From positions 2,112,001 through 2,176,000 of the forward strand of contig OY970166.1 in the NCBI GenBank assembly GCA_963706595.1: DNA of 64,000 nucleotides, in the 5' to 3' direction. A program made the position numbers and the translations under genes. Positions 37,940 to 50,248 of this stretch are shown here, in pieces. Below the pieces are notes generated by a model that was given only the letters and a program-made list of their open reading frames with translations, ran no database searches and had not been told where the DNA came from. This DNA is from an uncultured cyanobacterium. Its GTDB lineage: Bacteria; Cyanobacteriota; Cyanobacteriia; Cyanobacteriales; Nostocaceae. Every line of letters starts with the position of its first letter. The stretch's first letter is position 1.

Positions 37940-40900
37940 ATGTCTCGAAAACGCCAGCTAGTCAAGATAATTAATAAAATTACCAAACAGGTTAGTAAGC
38001 ATTTTTTATCTCCAATTAAAAAGAAAATTGTTTGGTTACTGCGAACATTATTTGTCACCAAGAGACGACGAAGTTCTGCAAACGCTGGTTTTGTCTTGCC
38101 AACAGTGGCAATGGTATCAGTAGTAGTCGTATTGCTATCTACAGCAATTGTATTTCGCTCTTTTGAGCGCGCCAAAAATTCCGGCAATGTCCGCGTAAAT
38201 GAGGCGGTGATGAACGCTGCTATGCCAGGAATTGATCGGGCTAGAGCTAAATTAGAACAATTATTGTCTGACCCTGCATTACCACGTTCAACTCCAACAG
38301 ATTTAGCTCTATATGGTGTAATTAAAAATAGTAAATATGATTTTGGTGATGAAACTCGCTTGAGGCTGGCTCAAGATTTTAACGGAACTGCTGGTATTCA
38401 ACCCAGCACGACACTCGAAGATGATGAAACTTTAAATACTGCTTGGAAATTCCCTGTTGATACTGATAATAACGGTAAATTTGATAGCTTCACTCTTTAT
38501 GCTATTTACTTTCGTAGTCCAACCCGCGACACAAGTAATCAATTTGATAGAGCCAGAACGCCTTTAGATGCCAGAACTCCACCTATGGATCAGAGTCAAA
38601 TAGGTGGTGCTTGTGCAGGTGCTATTGGTACAAGTGCCAGCTTGATTGGTGACTCTAGCTGGTACAAAGCAGGTAGTAATTTGGCCAAAAGCTTTTTTGT
38701 TTATACAGTTAATGTACCTATTGATGCTCTTGGTACTCTTCTTGATGATACCAAATATGAAACAAAGGCAAGTAGAGGATTTTCCGCTTTAGAATACCAG
38801 CAAGACCGAGAAAGAATTCCCGTCAATAACAAAGCAGTTTGGTTTGAGAATGACCTAGAAATTGCTCCGGGTGGCGAGTTGTTGTTGAACGGTTCCATCC
38901 ATACAAACGGTAATTTACTAGCTGGTACTGTTGTTAATGGTCAAATTATTTACCGTCAAGTTAGTAGTAAAAACTCCTGCTATTATGAGCAGGAGAATGC
39001 GAAGATTACAGTTGGTGGCAATCTTGGCACCGCAGGTGTTAATGGTGATGCTGACACCGGAGCATTAAGGATGGATTTATTTCGCGGCTATAAAGTAGAT
39101 CCGTGGACGACAGATCAAACTGCTCCAAACGCATCCAAGATTATTATTGGTGGCGACACTGGCCATAAATCAACCACAGCAGGTGGTGGTCAGACAGTAT
39201 CTCACAATGATGCTGCTTATAACGAGCGTATCAGCAAGATGAAGCAAGAAGCGCTGGATTTGTGTACTACTTGTGCAGCTGCAACTACAGTAACTGCTTT
39301 AAATACTGCTGTTGCTGCCGTTGGCAGATATCCTGAAGAAATTAAAGATAACTTTGATAGTCGGGTTACGTTAAGTACTACTGATATAGATTTAGAAACG
39401 GCTCAGGATATTTTAGGCGAAGAAATTGAAAATTATCTGAGAGACCGCACCCGACGAGTTCCTTTTGCAGAAGTGGCGCAAGCTATACCTACAGCAGCAG
39501 AAGCTTTAGGGACTTACGAGACTGCTGCTGCTTTTACAGGGACAGGTGAAATTGAAGTACCCGCAGAGTGGCGAGAAATAACTACCACAAACACAGGATT
39601 GACTTTAAATCTCGATAAATTAGAGGCCACAGAACCAGAAAAACAAAGCAATGACGGTACAGAAAATTATGCAGGCGATCGCGTTTTAATTGGTAATAAC
39701 CTGCCAGCCTTTTGGAAAAATAGTGACAACGCTTACGGCACAGGACAAAAATTCCGTCAGCCTGTTGACAGCACAACTTACTGGAATAGTTCCGACACAC
39801 CTAATGAAGTCCGTACCCGTGCTTCTCAAATACAACCACAACTCAGTTTAGGACAAACAGGCCGCAACCAATTTTGGGAAGAAAAGGCTGTTGAAGATGA
39901 TTCTGCCAACCCATTATCTAATGTGGGTGGTTTGCGGGTAATTACAGGGGCTGGTATTTATGTAGATGATGATGGTCTTAGTGGTACTGGCTCCTTTCCC
40001 CGTAGTGCAGACTCCTTACCCCCAACGCTGGATACAAGTTTTGTAGGTAGTAGTGCAGGTCAAATGCCTGCTCCTCTAACCTTTGATGCACCATTAACTG
40101 CGGTTAGTAATATATTCGTGTGGCCTGATACCATGCCCATGTCATCACCTACTAGCGCTCTCACAGGTGATTTGCTCATGAGGGCTACGGCAGTTTATCA
40201 CTTCAAAGACAACGCAGGTACTGCCCAGACTCCCATCGCTTGTGTCAGTAGCTACTATGATCCGACAAATAATATCACCGCCCAAAATGAACCTGCTTTA
40301 ACCACATCATGGATAAATCCTTCAGCGGCCGATCCTACTGATCCTACAACCATCGGCAAATCAAATAACGGCATTGTCTACCCTCCTGCTGATAGAACAA
40401 GTATTACTACTAATCTGGCAACTCTCACACGGCAGGCGAGGTTAGTATTTCCCAACGGGCGTATTGCCAATGAGCCATTGAGAAAGGCGATAAAGAAATA
40501 CACCGATAATGGAAGTAACTTTGATAATTTCACAATGGAGAATTATTCTGCCGTTGATACAGCCCTCTGCGCCCTTTCAATTATCAACGGTGCGACACCT
40601 GCTGCAACCCCAGTAGTTCCTCATGGAGCAATTCGAGAAGCAAGTTTCCTTGATGCTAGGGAAGTAAAAGCACTACAACCCCTAGAAGATCGTTTAGTAG
40701 GTGTTGTTCTAGAAAAAGGTTATCGAAACGACGACAATGATAGTGAACGTGAATACAATCTCGACTTAGAACAGCGTCAACCCTTAGAGATTCGCGTCAC
40801 CGAACTTGACTTGGGTCAGCTTGCGGCTACGAGTATCGCTAGCACTGAGTATTTACTCCCCAAAAGCGGCATTATTTATGCTACTCGTGATGATGCTCTC

Positions 40901-42806
40901 CCAGATTTGAGCTACGCAACTATTGAGCCAGGCGATCTTAATGATCCACAATATCAGGATAAAATAAAATTATTTAGCCAAACTGACTTCAAGCTCGATC
41001 CTACCCGTCGCCCGAATGGTATCCGGCTCATCAATGGTGTAAACTTGGCGCGAACTGGAACCAATACTGCTACTTACGACCCATCGGAGAAGGGGTTGAT
41101 TTTAGCCAGTAACCTACCAGTTTATATTAAGGGCGAGTTTAACCTGCATAAAATTCCTGGAGGTACTACTCAGATAGAAGAGTTTACAGCCCTTGAAACT
41201 ACTGCCAACTTCTACACAAGGTCAGGCTTCAATAACAACTTTGCCTGCCGTCCAGGACGAGGCGCGTGTCCTACTGGTGCTACTACTGGTGATTTGTGGC
41301 GACCATCGACTGTTTTAGCTGATGCTCTCACCCTCTTATCTGGTGGCTTCCAAGATGGCTTCCGTAGTGATGGGGACTATGACCTGAATGATAATGCCGC
41401 AAGTATTCCTAAGTCAAATTCACCTGCGGATGTCGTGAACTATTTTGCTACTAATATTAGTAGTAGCTGGGGAGGTACTGCTGGAAGTCCCAATACCAAA
41501 ACTTCTTACAATGCTAATGGTGTCACACCTATCCAGCGCCGGGCTGAATTTAACGAGTATTTGATGGAAGTTTGCCCAAAAGTACCTGCTTCCACTTGTG
41601 ATCAGGATGACCCCAATGACTGGAAGGTTTTTATCCGATCAGATACAACACCTCGGACGGCAACAGAAGTCTTAAATGATTTCACCACCATTAACATAGA
41701 CGGTTTTGTTAACGACAATCTTGCTTCCGGTACAACGGCTCTACCTCCATTTTTTGATCCAGATGATCCACCAGACGTTGATTATAGTCTTTATCCTCGT
41801 CGGGTTGCCTTCTATAGAGATGGAGCCGGTAATCTTTTGGATAAAGATGATGCTGTAATTGATGCAGTAGCAGCTGCGGCTGGTAAGCTACCAGTGCCTA
41901 TTGGTATTGAGGATATTACATTTAAAGTTCAAAAATTCCCGTACGGTGTTGGAACTCCTAAACCCCGTTTGTTAGCAACAGCACTGTGGTTTCAAACCAG
42001 CAACAGTAATACTAACCCTAACACCCCCGCCTCAAAGCGATACGCAGCAAATCTACCCCTGTTTCTTCAGTCACTCCCATCTGGTACACAGCAACCTAAA
42101 CTAGTACCAATTTTACAAATTTACAGTCCACAAGGAACCCCTGGTACTAGGTACTAATTTAAACACTGGAAGTACCACCAACAGAATTCAAAGAAACTGG
42201 GTGCAACAAGCATCAGGCACTACTGTTTACAATACAGGACTGGCAGCTGGTAACAGCCCCAGCCGACCGGAGGAACAATCGGCAGGTTTACAAGCTTTTG
42301 TGAGGTACTTAGAAAATTGGGATTCAAGTACCGTTAAGATCAGAGGTAACTTTATTCAATTCAAACGAAGTGCTTATGGTACAGCACCATTAGCACCTAT
42401 TTTGTCCGATAAAGCTGAACAAACTCCCACTAATGACGAAAATCTGAGTATTTTTGATTTGCGATACAACAAATACTGGACTCTTAACGGAGCGCCAGCA
42501 GGTACTTTGCCATACTACTGGCCACCCGGACGGAACTGGGGTTTTGATGTAGGGCTGTTATCTCAGTTACCAGACTTATTTGCCCAAAGGTTTACCGTTC
42601 CACCATCAGCACCACCCGCAGAATATTTCCGGGAAGTTGGTAGAGATGATAACTGGGTCAAAACTTTGCTGTGTGCTAAACAAGCCGCAAGCGCAACCGA
42701 AACCAATTATTCAGTAAATGCGGTTCCTGCTAGTTATCGTCCTTCAGACTGTCCCAGTGCTTCGACATATCCTACCGCTCCTCCCTCAGACGATGGTGAC
42801 TCATAA
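37940..42806 (+). pseudogene. hpsA: Hormogonium polysaccharide protein HpsA, frameshifted
   Basis: AGFVLPTV pilin-like N-terminus; WGFDVGLLSQLPDLF and EYFREVGRDD.W C-terminus in the second ORF; 7-bp tandem duplication at 42143-42156 shifts the frame. Confidence 0.85.
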
Positions 42807-43567
42807 TGAGTATATACAAGCGATTTAGCCAAAAAATAAAAGTAGCAAATCCCAGAAGATGGAAAAAATTTACTTCATCTAGTGAAGCAGGTTTCACCAT
42901 CGTTGAATCCTTGATGGCAATAGTTGTAGTTGCCATCCTCATGGCTGGAATTTCACCAGTGTTGATATTGTCAGTTGCTACTCGTGTTCAGGCTAGGCGA
43001 ATTGAGCTAGGAAGCCAAGCCGCCAGAACCTATATTGATGGCATCAGGGCTGGCTCAATTCCAATTCCCAAGAACGTAGTTCAGTTGGACGAAGTTGACG
43101 CAACGGATAATTTTGATGATTCCCAGAGGGTGAATTTCGCCGGGGTTGCAGCACCTAGTTCAACCTTACCAACTTGCTCAACTCCTACGAACGGTTACTG
43201 CCAGAACAGTACAACTCCAAGCACAAGCACCACAAGCTTGTATTGCATAGACCGAGATGGCAGTGGTTGTTCCAATAGCAGTTCTCAAGACTTAGTTATT
43301 CAAGCTTATCGAAGTACCAGTGCTACCACAGTTAACGCTGCCAACGATGATCCTGACAAAGGCTACCTTTTAGCCGTGCGGGTTTACAGAGCAGACGCTT
43401 TTAGCGGTAGTGGCACCCTTGAAACAATGGAGGCTAATAGCTCTAAAGCTGCAACTTTTACTGGCGGATTGGGTAATAAAACCGCACCTTTAGTCGAAAT
43501 AGTCACAGAAGTTGCACCCAGAACCGCCAATTTTCAGGATTACTGTACTCGTTTTGGTGGTTGTTAG
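42806..43567 (+). CDS. hpsB: Pseudopilin HpsB
   Basis: GFTIVESL prepilin motif, VATRVQARRIE, VRVYRADAF; position after hpsA. Confidence 0.8.
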   Translation: MSIYKRFSQKIKVANPRRWKKFTSSSEAGFTIVESLMAIVVVAILMAGISPVLILSVATRVQARRIELGSQAARTYIDGIRAGSIPIPKNVVQLDEVDATDNFDDSQRVNFAGVAAPSSTLPTCSTPTNGYCQNSTTPSTSTTSLYCIDRDGSGCSNSSSQDLVIQAYRSTSATTVNAANDDPDKGYLLAVRVYRADAFSGSGTLETMEANSSKAATFTGGLGNKTAPLVEIVTEVAPRTANFQDYCTRFGGC

Positions 43568-43638
43568 TAAATCAAATCATCAACTATTTGATAAACATTA
43601 CCAGAATTAAAGCTCAAGCATGAAGGGGAAACTGCTGG

Positions 43639-44694
43639 ATGAAAAACATACTCACATTTATTCTCAGAAGTCAACTTCAAAACAATAAGCAGGTTAAATC
43701 ACAAAATGGCTTTACCCTGATAGAGCTACTTGTAGCTATGGTTATAGCCTTTCTGGTAATTACACCTTTAATGGGGTTTATGATTGACATCCTGAACACA
43801 GACAGGCGGGAACAAGCAAAAACCACGTCAGAACAAGAAATACAGTCCGCACTAGACTATATTGCACGAGACATGGAACAAGCAATATATATCTACGATG
43901 CGGATGGAATTAATGGAAATACAACTCTAACTCCAGCCATCACTGGAATTAAAGCTCAAATCCCACCAATACCAACTGCAACAGATAGAGTCCCTGTACT
44001 CGTATTTTGGAAACGGTCTTTTTTAGGTAAAGACCAAGAAGTAACAGTTTCTGGTTCTGATACCAGAGTAGGTTGCTTAGTGACGCTTCCTGGTGGTAGT
44101 ACGTGTAATGAGCAAGATTATCTTGTTTACTCTTTGGTGGCTTATTACCTAGTCAAGGATAGTAGCGCTACTTGGAACAGCACCACTGCTAGAATTGCTC
44201 GGTGGGAAATTCGGGATGGTATCCGCGATATTACTGGAACCGAAACCCGCACAGAAGGTTCCACCACTGTTAAATATCTTTTGTTACCCAACCCTGGTTT
44301 TATGGCATTTGACACCTCTTTAGAAGGGGATTTAGGTACAAAGTTGGGTAACTGGACAAAACACTCAGAAGCCTACAATTTTACTGTCAATCGTTTAAAT
44401 ACCTTAGTTGATTTCATCGACCAAACTACAAATGCAGATGGATCTCCCGCACCAGTTTGTAATTCAGATGAGCAACAAGTGCCAAACTATGGCGCAACTG
44501 GTTTTCCTGCGGCTTTGAAAACAGGCAGTTTCTATGTTTGTGTAAATTCTGAAAAATATGTAGCACGAATTCATATTAGAGGTAATGCATTAGCTCGAAC
44601 TACAAACGGTGCTGAATATAGTCCTCAGCAGGCTATATATTTTCCAACTGCAAGTATCCAGATTAAAGCTCGTGGGTTCCTTGGTCTTGAATAA
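43639..44694 (+). CDS. hpsC: Pseudopilin HpsC
   Basis: GFTLIELLVA, DRREQAK..SEQEIQ.ALDYI.RD, IRGNALAR. Confidence 0.8.
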   Translation: MKNILTFILRSQLQNNKQVKSQNGFTLIELLVAMVIAFLVITPLMGFMIDILNTDRREQAKTTSEQEIQSALDYIARDMEQAIYIYDADGINGNTTLTPAITGIKAQIPPIPTATDRVPVLVFWKRSFLGKDQEVTVSGSDTRVGCLVTLPGGSTCNEQDYLVYSLVAYYLVKDSSATWNSTTARIARWEIRDGIRDITGTETRTEGSTTVKYLLLPNPGFMAFDTSLEGDLGTKLGNWTKHSEAYNFTVNRLNTLVDFIDQTTNADGSPAPVCNSDEQQVPNYGATGFPAALKTGSFYVCVNSEKYVARIHIRGNALARTTNGAEYSPQQAIYFPTASIQIKARGFLGLE

Positions 44695-44707
44695 ACTGGA
44701 GCAGAAT

Positions 44708-45349
44708 ATGCATAATTCAATTGTATTAGAAGTTTTAAAAAAATACTTGAAAATTAGACTCCCTAACAGTTCAAAGTCACATTTACTAACAAGTAGCTCT
44801 CAATCTGTGGGTCTTTCTCAATCAAGTGCTGGGTTTACCATGATAGAACTCATAGGAGTGGTAGTCATGATTGGAATTTTAGGAGCTATAGCGGCTCCCG
44901 GATGGCTGGGTTTCGTTAATAGACAACGGGTGAATAAAGCTAATGACGTTGTTTTAGTTGCCTTACGGGAAGCACAGCGAGAAGCTAAAAGAACAAAACG
45001 TGATTACAGCGTCAGTTTTAGAACTGACGCTGATATTCCCCAAATTGCAATTCATCAAGGTACAACACCAAGCAATTGGCGAAACTTAGGCGAGGATGTG
45101 GGAATTAAAGCGGGAGAAGTATTGCTTAGTAATATAGAATCTGATGATGACCCACAAACAATCACGTTTGATTATATGGGAACTTTGCCAAATGCTGACT
45201 TCGGCACACCACCAGACGGCTCAACAGAAGCACCAGGATTAAAAATTGTGGTAGCCGTACCCGATTCTAATATACAGCGATGTGTAATAGTGAAAACTCT
45301 CTTAGGCTCAATGCTCACAGAAAAAGATGATCAATGTGATCATGAGTAA
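44708..45349 (+). CDS. Pseudopilin (HpsD by synteny)
   Basis: GFTMIELI..IAAPGW, RCVIVKTLLG. Confidence 0.75.
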   Translation: MHNSIVLEVLKKYLKIRLPNSSKSHLLTSSSQSVGLSQSSAGFTMIELIGVVVMIGILGAIAAPGWLGFVNRQRVNKANDVVLVALREAQREAKRTKRDYSVSFRTDADIPQIAIHQGTTPSNWRNLGEDVGIKAGEVLLSNIESDDDPQTITFDYMGTLPNADFGTPPDGSTEAPGLKIVVAVPDSNIQRCVIVKTLLGSMLTEKDDQCDHE

Positions 45350-45568
45350 GTCAAATTTATTTGGTTGAAAAAGTATACCAAAAACCGTATAAACACGGTA
45401 TATAAAACACGTCCTAAATAGGATAATCAGAACATCAGGGGCAGTTTATTTAGTTTTATATATTAATTTTGTAGCTGCTAGAAAAATCGCCCTAATTTGT
45501 GCCTAACCAGATTTTAAATCTTACTAAATTAGGGTAATAAAACTTATTTAAGTTAAATCAGGGGAGCT

Positions 45569-46552
45569 ATGCCTACTAAACTTAATTTTACCGTGGCTAT
45601 ACCAACCTACAACGGTGCAAGTCGTTTACCTGAACTACTAGAACGACTGCGAAATCAAATCTACACCGAAAATTTAGCTTGGGAAATCATTGTTGTAGAC
45701 AATAACAGCACAGATAACACGGCTGAACTTATCAAAAGTTATCAAGAAAATTGGCCATGTTCTTATCCCTTAAAATATTGCTTTGAAGCCCAACAGGGAG
45801 CAGCTTATGCCAGAAAAAAGGCTGTGGAAGTAGCTTCAGGCGAACTTATAGGTTTTCTGGATGATGACAACTACCCAGCACCTACATGGGTCGCAGCCGC
45901 TTATACTTTTGGGGCGCAGCATCCACTGGTTGGAGCTTATGGAGGCCAAGTTCATGGTGCTTTTGAAGTTGAACCACCAAAAAATTTTGATAAAATAGCT
46001 TCTTTTTTAGCAATTACCGAGCGAGGTACAGAACCCCATCGTTACGAACCTCAAATGAAAATCCTACCACCAGGAGCCGGTTTAGTCGTTCGTAAACAAG
46101 CATGGGAAAAAACAGTTCCTCAAAATTTGGTTCTAAATCACAAAGGTAGAGAAGCTGGGTTAGCCAGTGAAGATTTAGAAGTTGTATTACATATTCAGTT
46201 GGGTGGTTGGGAAGTTTGGTATAACCCAGAAATGCACGTTTACCATCAAATCCCGGCATGGCGATTACAAAAAGAACACTTAGTTAGTATATTTCGCTGC
46301 GTTGGCTTAAGTCGGCATCACTTACGGATGCTGAGAACTCAACCTTGGCAAAGACCTTTAGCCAGTCTGCTATATTTAGTTAATGATTTACGCAAAATCA
46401 TAGTTCACTCATTTAAACATCGTAGAGCAGTACAAAAAGATTTAATTGCCGCTTGCGAAATTGAACTATTAGTTAGTAGTTTACTCAGTCCATTTTTCTT
46501 GTTAAAACTTAGATACTTTAATTATTTGTTTTTTCAACAAAAAATATCATAA
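45569..46552 (+). CDS. hpsE: GT2 glycosyltransferase HpsE
   Basis: AIPTYNG, VDNNSTD, FLDDDN, PPGAGL. Confidence 0.8.
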   Translation: MPTKLNFTVAIPTYNGASRLPELLERLRNQIYTENLAWEIIVVDNNSTDNTAELIKSYQENWPCSYPLKYCFEAQQGAAYARKKAVEVASGELIGFLDDDNYPAPTWVAAAYTFGAQHPLVGAYGGQVHGAFEVEPPKNFDKIASFLAITERGTEPHRYEPQMKILPPGAGLVVRKQAWEKTVPQNLVLNHKGREAGLASEDLEVVLHIQLGGWEVWYNPEMHVYHQIPAWRLQKEHLVSIFRCVGLSRHHLRMLRTQPWQRPLASLLYLVNDLRKIIVHSFKHRRAVQKDLIAACEIELLVSSLLSPFFLLKLRYFNYLFFQQKIS

Positions 46553-46578
46553 TAAAATTCATAGATTATGTAATTGAA

Positions 46579-47583
46579 ATGGAAAACCCAATTCAAAGTC
46601 AATATTTAGACTTTACTGTAGCTGTCCCCACATATAATGGTGCAGAGCGTTTACCTAAAGTTTTAGATCGCCTTTTGAGTCAAACAGGACTACAAAATAT
46701 CAACTGGGAAATAATTATTATTGATAATAATAGCTCTGATCAGACGGCAGAGTTAGTTTCTAGTTACCAAAATAGCGGTAAATTTAAAGTTAATTTAAAA
46801 TATTTCTTGGAAAAAAAGCAAGGCATACCATTTGCACGTCAAAGGGCGGTAAGCGAAGCTAAGGGCGAATTCATCGCATTTATAGATGATGACAATTTAC
46901 CTGATCCTGTTTGGGTAGCAGCAGCCTATAATTTTGGTCAAAAGCATCCTCAAGCTGGTGCTTGGAGTGGTCAAATTCATGGTGAATATGAAGTTAAACC
47001 ACCTCAAAATTTCAAAAAAATTCAATCTTTTTTAGCTATCCGAGAATACTCTTCTCAAACACATTTATTTGAGCCAGATAATTTAAGATTACCCCCTGGC
47101 GCTGGACTTGTTGTTCGTAAGCAAGCATGGTGTGAAGCAGTTCCAGCTACACCTGCGTTGCATGGAAAACTACCAGGCATATTTGTGCAGGGTGATGACT
47201 ATGAATCATTACTTTATTTACACAAAGCAGGTTGGAAAATTTTGTATAACCCGGCAATGCACATTTATCATCAAATACCACATTGGCGATTAGAAAAAGA
47301 TTATTTACTAACTTTAGCCCGTGGTTGTGGATTGTGTGTTTTTCAATTACGTTTGGTTAATGCTAAAACCTGGGAAAAACCCATAATTTTTATCAAAACT
47401 ATTTTGGGCAACTTTCGCAGAATATTCAAATATTTGCTCAAACATAAAAATCAAATAAAGCATGATATTACTTTACTTTTTGAACTTGAATTTTACCGAG
47501 CTAGTATGATGAGTCCTTTTTATACACTTAGATGCTATTTTAAAAAAGCTTTTAGCACAAAACAAGCTGTTAATAATGAATAA
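46579..47583 (+). CDS. GT2 glycosyltransferase, HpsE paralog (HpsF by synteny)
   Basis: Same motifs as the upstream GT2. Confidence 0.8.
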   Translation: MENPIQSQYLDFTVAVPTYNGAERLPKVLDRLLSQTGLQNINWEIIIIDNNSSDQTAELVSSYQNSGKFKVNLKYFLEKKQGIPFARQRAVSEAKGEFIAFIDDDNLPDPVWVAAAYNFGQKHPQAGAWSGQIHGEYEVKPPQNFKKIQSFLAIREYSSQTHLFEPDNLRLPPGAGLVVRKQAWCEAVPATPALHGKLPGIFVQGDDYESLLYLHKAGWKILYNPAMHIYHQIPHWRLEKDYLLTLARGCGLCVFQLRLVNAKTWEKPIIFIKTILGNFRRIFKYLLKHKNQIKHDITLLFELEFYRASMMSPFYTLRCYFKKAFSTKQAVNNE

Positions 47584-48553
47584 CTTACGTCAAATATTCC
47601 CACAAATATCTGTAGTTATCCCAGCTTATAATTGTGAGAAAACTATTCAAGCAACAGTTGAATCTGTTCTCAATCAAACTTTTACTAATTTTGAATTAAT
47701 TATTATTAATGATGGTTCGCAAGATTCGACATTAGATAGAGTTTCGCAAATTAAAGACACCAGAATTAAAGTATTTTCTTATCCAAATGCTGGCGGAAAC
47801 GTGACTCGCAATCGTGGACTACACCATGCAATTGGCGAATTTGTCAGCTTTCTTGATGCAGATGATATTTGGACACCTGATAAACTGCAACTCCAGTTAC
47901 AGGCTTTGCAAAATAATCCAGATGCTCAAGTTGCTTATAGTTGGACTGATTATATTAACGAAAATGGCGAAATATTTCTTTCAGGTACACACATTACTGC
48001 AAATGGAGATGTTTATGAGAAGTTGATAATCACTAACTTTTTAGAAAGTGGTTCTAATCCTTTAATTCGTAGGGAAGCTGTACTAGAATTAGGTGGATTT
48101 GATGAATCTTTACCAGCTGCTCAAGATTGGGATATGTGGTTAAGATTAGCAGCGCGATATTCTTTTGTCGCTGTTCCTTCAGTACAAATATTATACCGAG
48201 TTAGTGCTAATTCCGTTTCTTCTAATCTTGCCAAGCAGGAAAAATATTGTTTGCAGGTAATTACAAATGCTTATCATGCCAAAGGTTTAAATAATCAAAA
48301 TATTCTCAATTTGAGTATGACTAACCTGTATAAATATCTAACCTGCAAAGCTTTAAATAAACCACACAACAGACAAAAGGGTATAGCTGCTGCTGGCTTT
48401 TTGTGGAAATATTTTATTTATGATAATTCCAGATTTAAACGAACAAAATTTACATTAAAATTATTATTAAAAATTAGCATAATCATTTTTTTACCTGATA
48501 ATTTATCTACCCAATTTTTTGAGAATCGAAAAACAGTTAATTTAAAAACCTAA
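47576..48553 (+). CDS. GT2 glycosyltransferase (HpsG by synteny)
   Basis: ISVVIPAYN, DGSQD, FLDADD, QDWDMWLRL. Confidence 0.85.
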   Translation: MNNLRQIFPQISVVIPAYNCEKTIQATVESVLNQTFTNFELIIINDGSQDSTLDRVSQIKDTRIKVFSYPNAGGNVTRNRGLHHAIGEFVSFLDADDIWTPDKLQLQLQALQNNPDAQVAYSWTDYINENGEIFLSGTHITANGDVYEKLIITNFLESGSNPLIRREAVLELGGFDESLPAAQDWDMWLRLAARYSFVAVPSVQILYRVSANSVSSNLAKQEKYCLQVITNAYHAKGLNNQNILNLSMTNLYKYLTCKALNKPHNRQKGIAAAGFLWKYFIYDNSRFKRTKFTLKLLLKISIIIFLPDNLSTQFFENRKTVNLKT

Positions 48554-48681
48554 GTGATTCGGTGTAAATATTTAAAGGGTTGTATTCGCGAATGAAGGGC
48601 TGAAGCCCTCACTACAAACGGCCGCCAACTGACTTAAAGTTTCTTGTTTCTTGTATCTTTATCTAATTTCAGTTAATTTCT

Positions 48682-49236
48682 GTGCATCTACCACCTTTAT
48701 TTAAACCTAAAAATTTATTGAGAGATGGCCACCCTCGTGGCTTCACATTGTTAGAGATATTGGTAGCTTTGGTAATGATTGGTATATTGTCAGCTATAGC
48801 TGCTCCTAGCTGGTTAGCTTTTGTAGAAACTCAGCGCCTCAAGACTGGCCAAAGTCAAGTATATAGTGCTATGCGCCAAGCCCAAAGCCAAGCCAGCAAA
48901 GACAAATTAACTTGGCAAGCTAGTTTTCGTGAACAAAATAGCATTGTCCAATGGGCGGTTCATCCTGCTACTGTTAACCCTTCTGATGCTATCTGGAATA
49001 ACCTGGATTCAAATATACGCCTTGATTCTGAGACAACTTTGCAAGAATCAAATGGTGTCAGAAGAATTCAATTTGACTATACAGGTAGTGTCAGGCAACC
49101 ACCACTAGGACGAATTACCCTATCTAGCCAGTCTGGTGGTACAGCCAAGCGTTGTGTGATTGTTTCTACTATTTTAGGGGCAATGCGAACAGCAAAAGAG
49201 CAGACTAATCCCAATGATGGCAAATATTGCTATTAA
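48682..49236 (+). CDS. Pseudopilin (HpsH by synteny)
   Basis: GFTLLEIL..IAAPSW, KRCVIVSTILG. Confidence 0.75.
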   Translation: MHLPPLFKPKNLLRDGHPRGFTLLEILVALVMIGILSAIAAPSWLAFVETQRLKTGQSQVYSAMRQAQSQASKDKLTWQASFREQNSIVQWAVHPATVNPSDAIWNNLDSNIRLDSETTLQESNGVRRIQFDYTGSVRQPPLGRITLSSQSGGTAKRCVIVSTILGAMRTAKEQTNPNDGKYCY

Positions 49237-49267
49237 GATATTTTAAGTGAATTACTTAAGGTATCCC

Positions 49268-49912
49268 GTGCCGAAATTATCAGACATTGCTAAACAGCAC
49301 TTAATTATTTTTACTCGCTACCCAGAACCAGGGAAGACCAAAACCCGACTCATTCCCGCTTTGGGTGCTGTGGGCGCTGCCAACTTACAACGGCAGATGA
49401 CAGAACATACAATACTTCAGGTTCAACAACTGCAAAAAACCACTGCTATATCTTGGGAAGTGCGGTTTGCCGGTGGTAACTCCCAACTCATGGAACACTG
49501 GCTGGGGTCTAATTTAGTATACCATCCTCAAGGTGAAGGTGATTTAGGTGCGCGGATGGCGCGATCGCATACCCAAGCCTTTGAATCTGGTGCAGAACGA
49601 GTCATAATCATTGGCATCGATTGTCCTGGAATCAATTGTGACATCCTTGCCCAAGCCTTTGAGCAGCTACACACTCATGATCTCACACTAGGCCCAGCCC
49701 TTGATGGTGGTTATTACTTAATTGGGTTGTGTAACCCGATTCCCGAAATATTCGTTAATATCGATTGGGGAACCAGTCAAGTATTACAGCAAACTGTGAA
49801 TATTGCCGAAAAGCTGAAAATATCCCTGGCATACTTGCCTCCTTTAGCTGATATTGACCTTCCGGAGGATTTACAAATTTGGGAACAAACCCTGAACAAA
49901 ACAACTAAATAA
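49268..49912 (+). CDS. DUF2064/TIGR04282-type nucleotidyl/glycosyltransferase-like protein
   Basis: FTRYPEPGKTKTRL, QGEGDLGARM, GPALDGGYYLIG, DID.PEDL. Confidence 0.8.
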   Translation: MPKLSDIAKQHLIIFTRYPEPGKTKTRLIPALGAVGAANLQRQMTEHTILQVQQLQKTTAISWEVRFAGGNSQLMEHWLGSNLVYHPQGEGDLGARMARSHTQAFESGAERVIIIGIDCPGINCDILAQAFEQLHTHDLTLGPALDGGYYLIGLCNPIPEIFVNIDWGTSQVLQQTVNIAEKLKISLAYLPPLADIDLPEDLQIWEQTLNKTTK

Positions 49913-50248
49913 TGCTGAGGTATGGAGGTGAGAAATTGCGGGGAAATTCCCATAAAAATCACTTAATGTATCTCTTTATATCTTCTTCATATTCAGCCAG
50001 ACTTTTATCCCTACTTAGCTTCGTATCTTGAACTACCTAGTGTTTCCTGAAGACAGTTCCGAAAACAAATGTTACCTTAGTGTAGTTAAAAATCTAATTG
50101 CATAAAATCTATACAAGTGTATAACTAGCTGATACTTTTGTATAACAGTTAAGTTAATGAAATAAGTTTCATACAAGAGTTAGAGAAACTAAATTCAAGT
50201 AACTTTCAATAGGATAATCACTCTGATACACCAAACAATTGCCAAATT

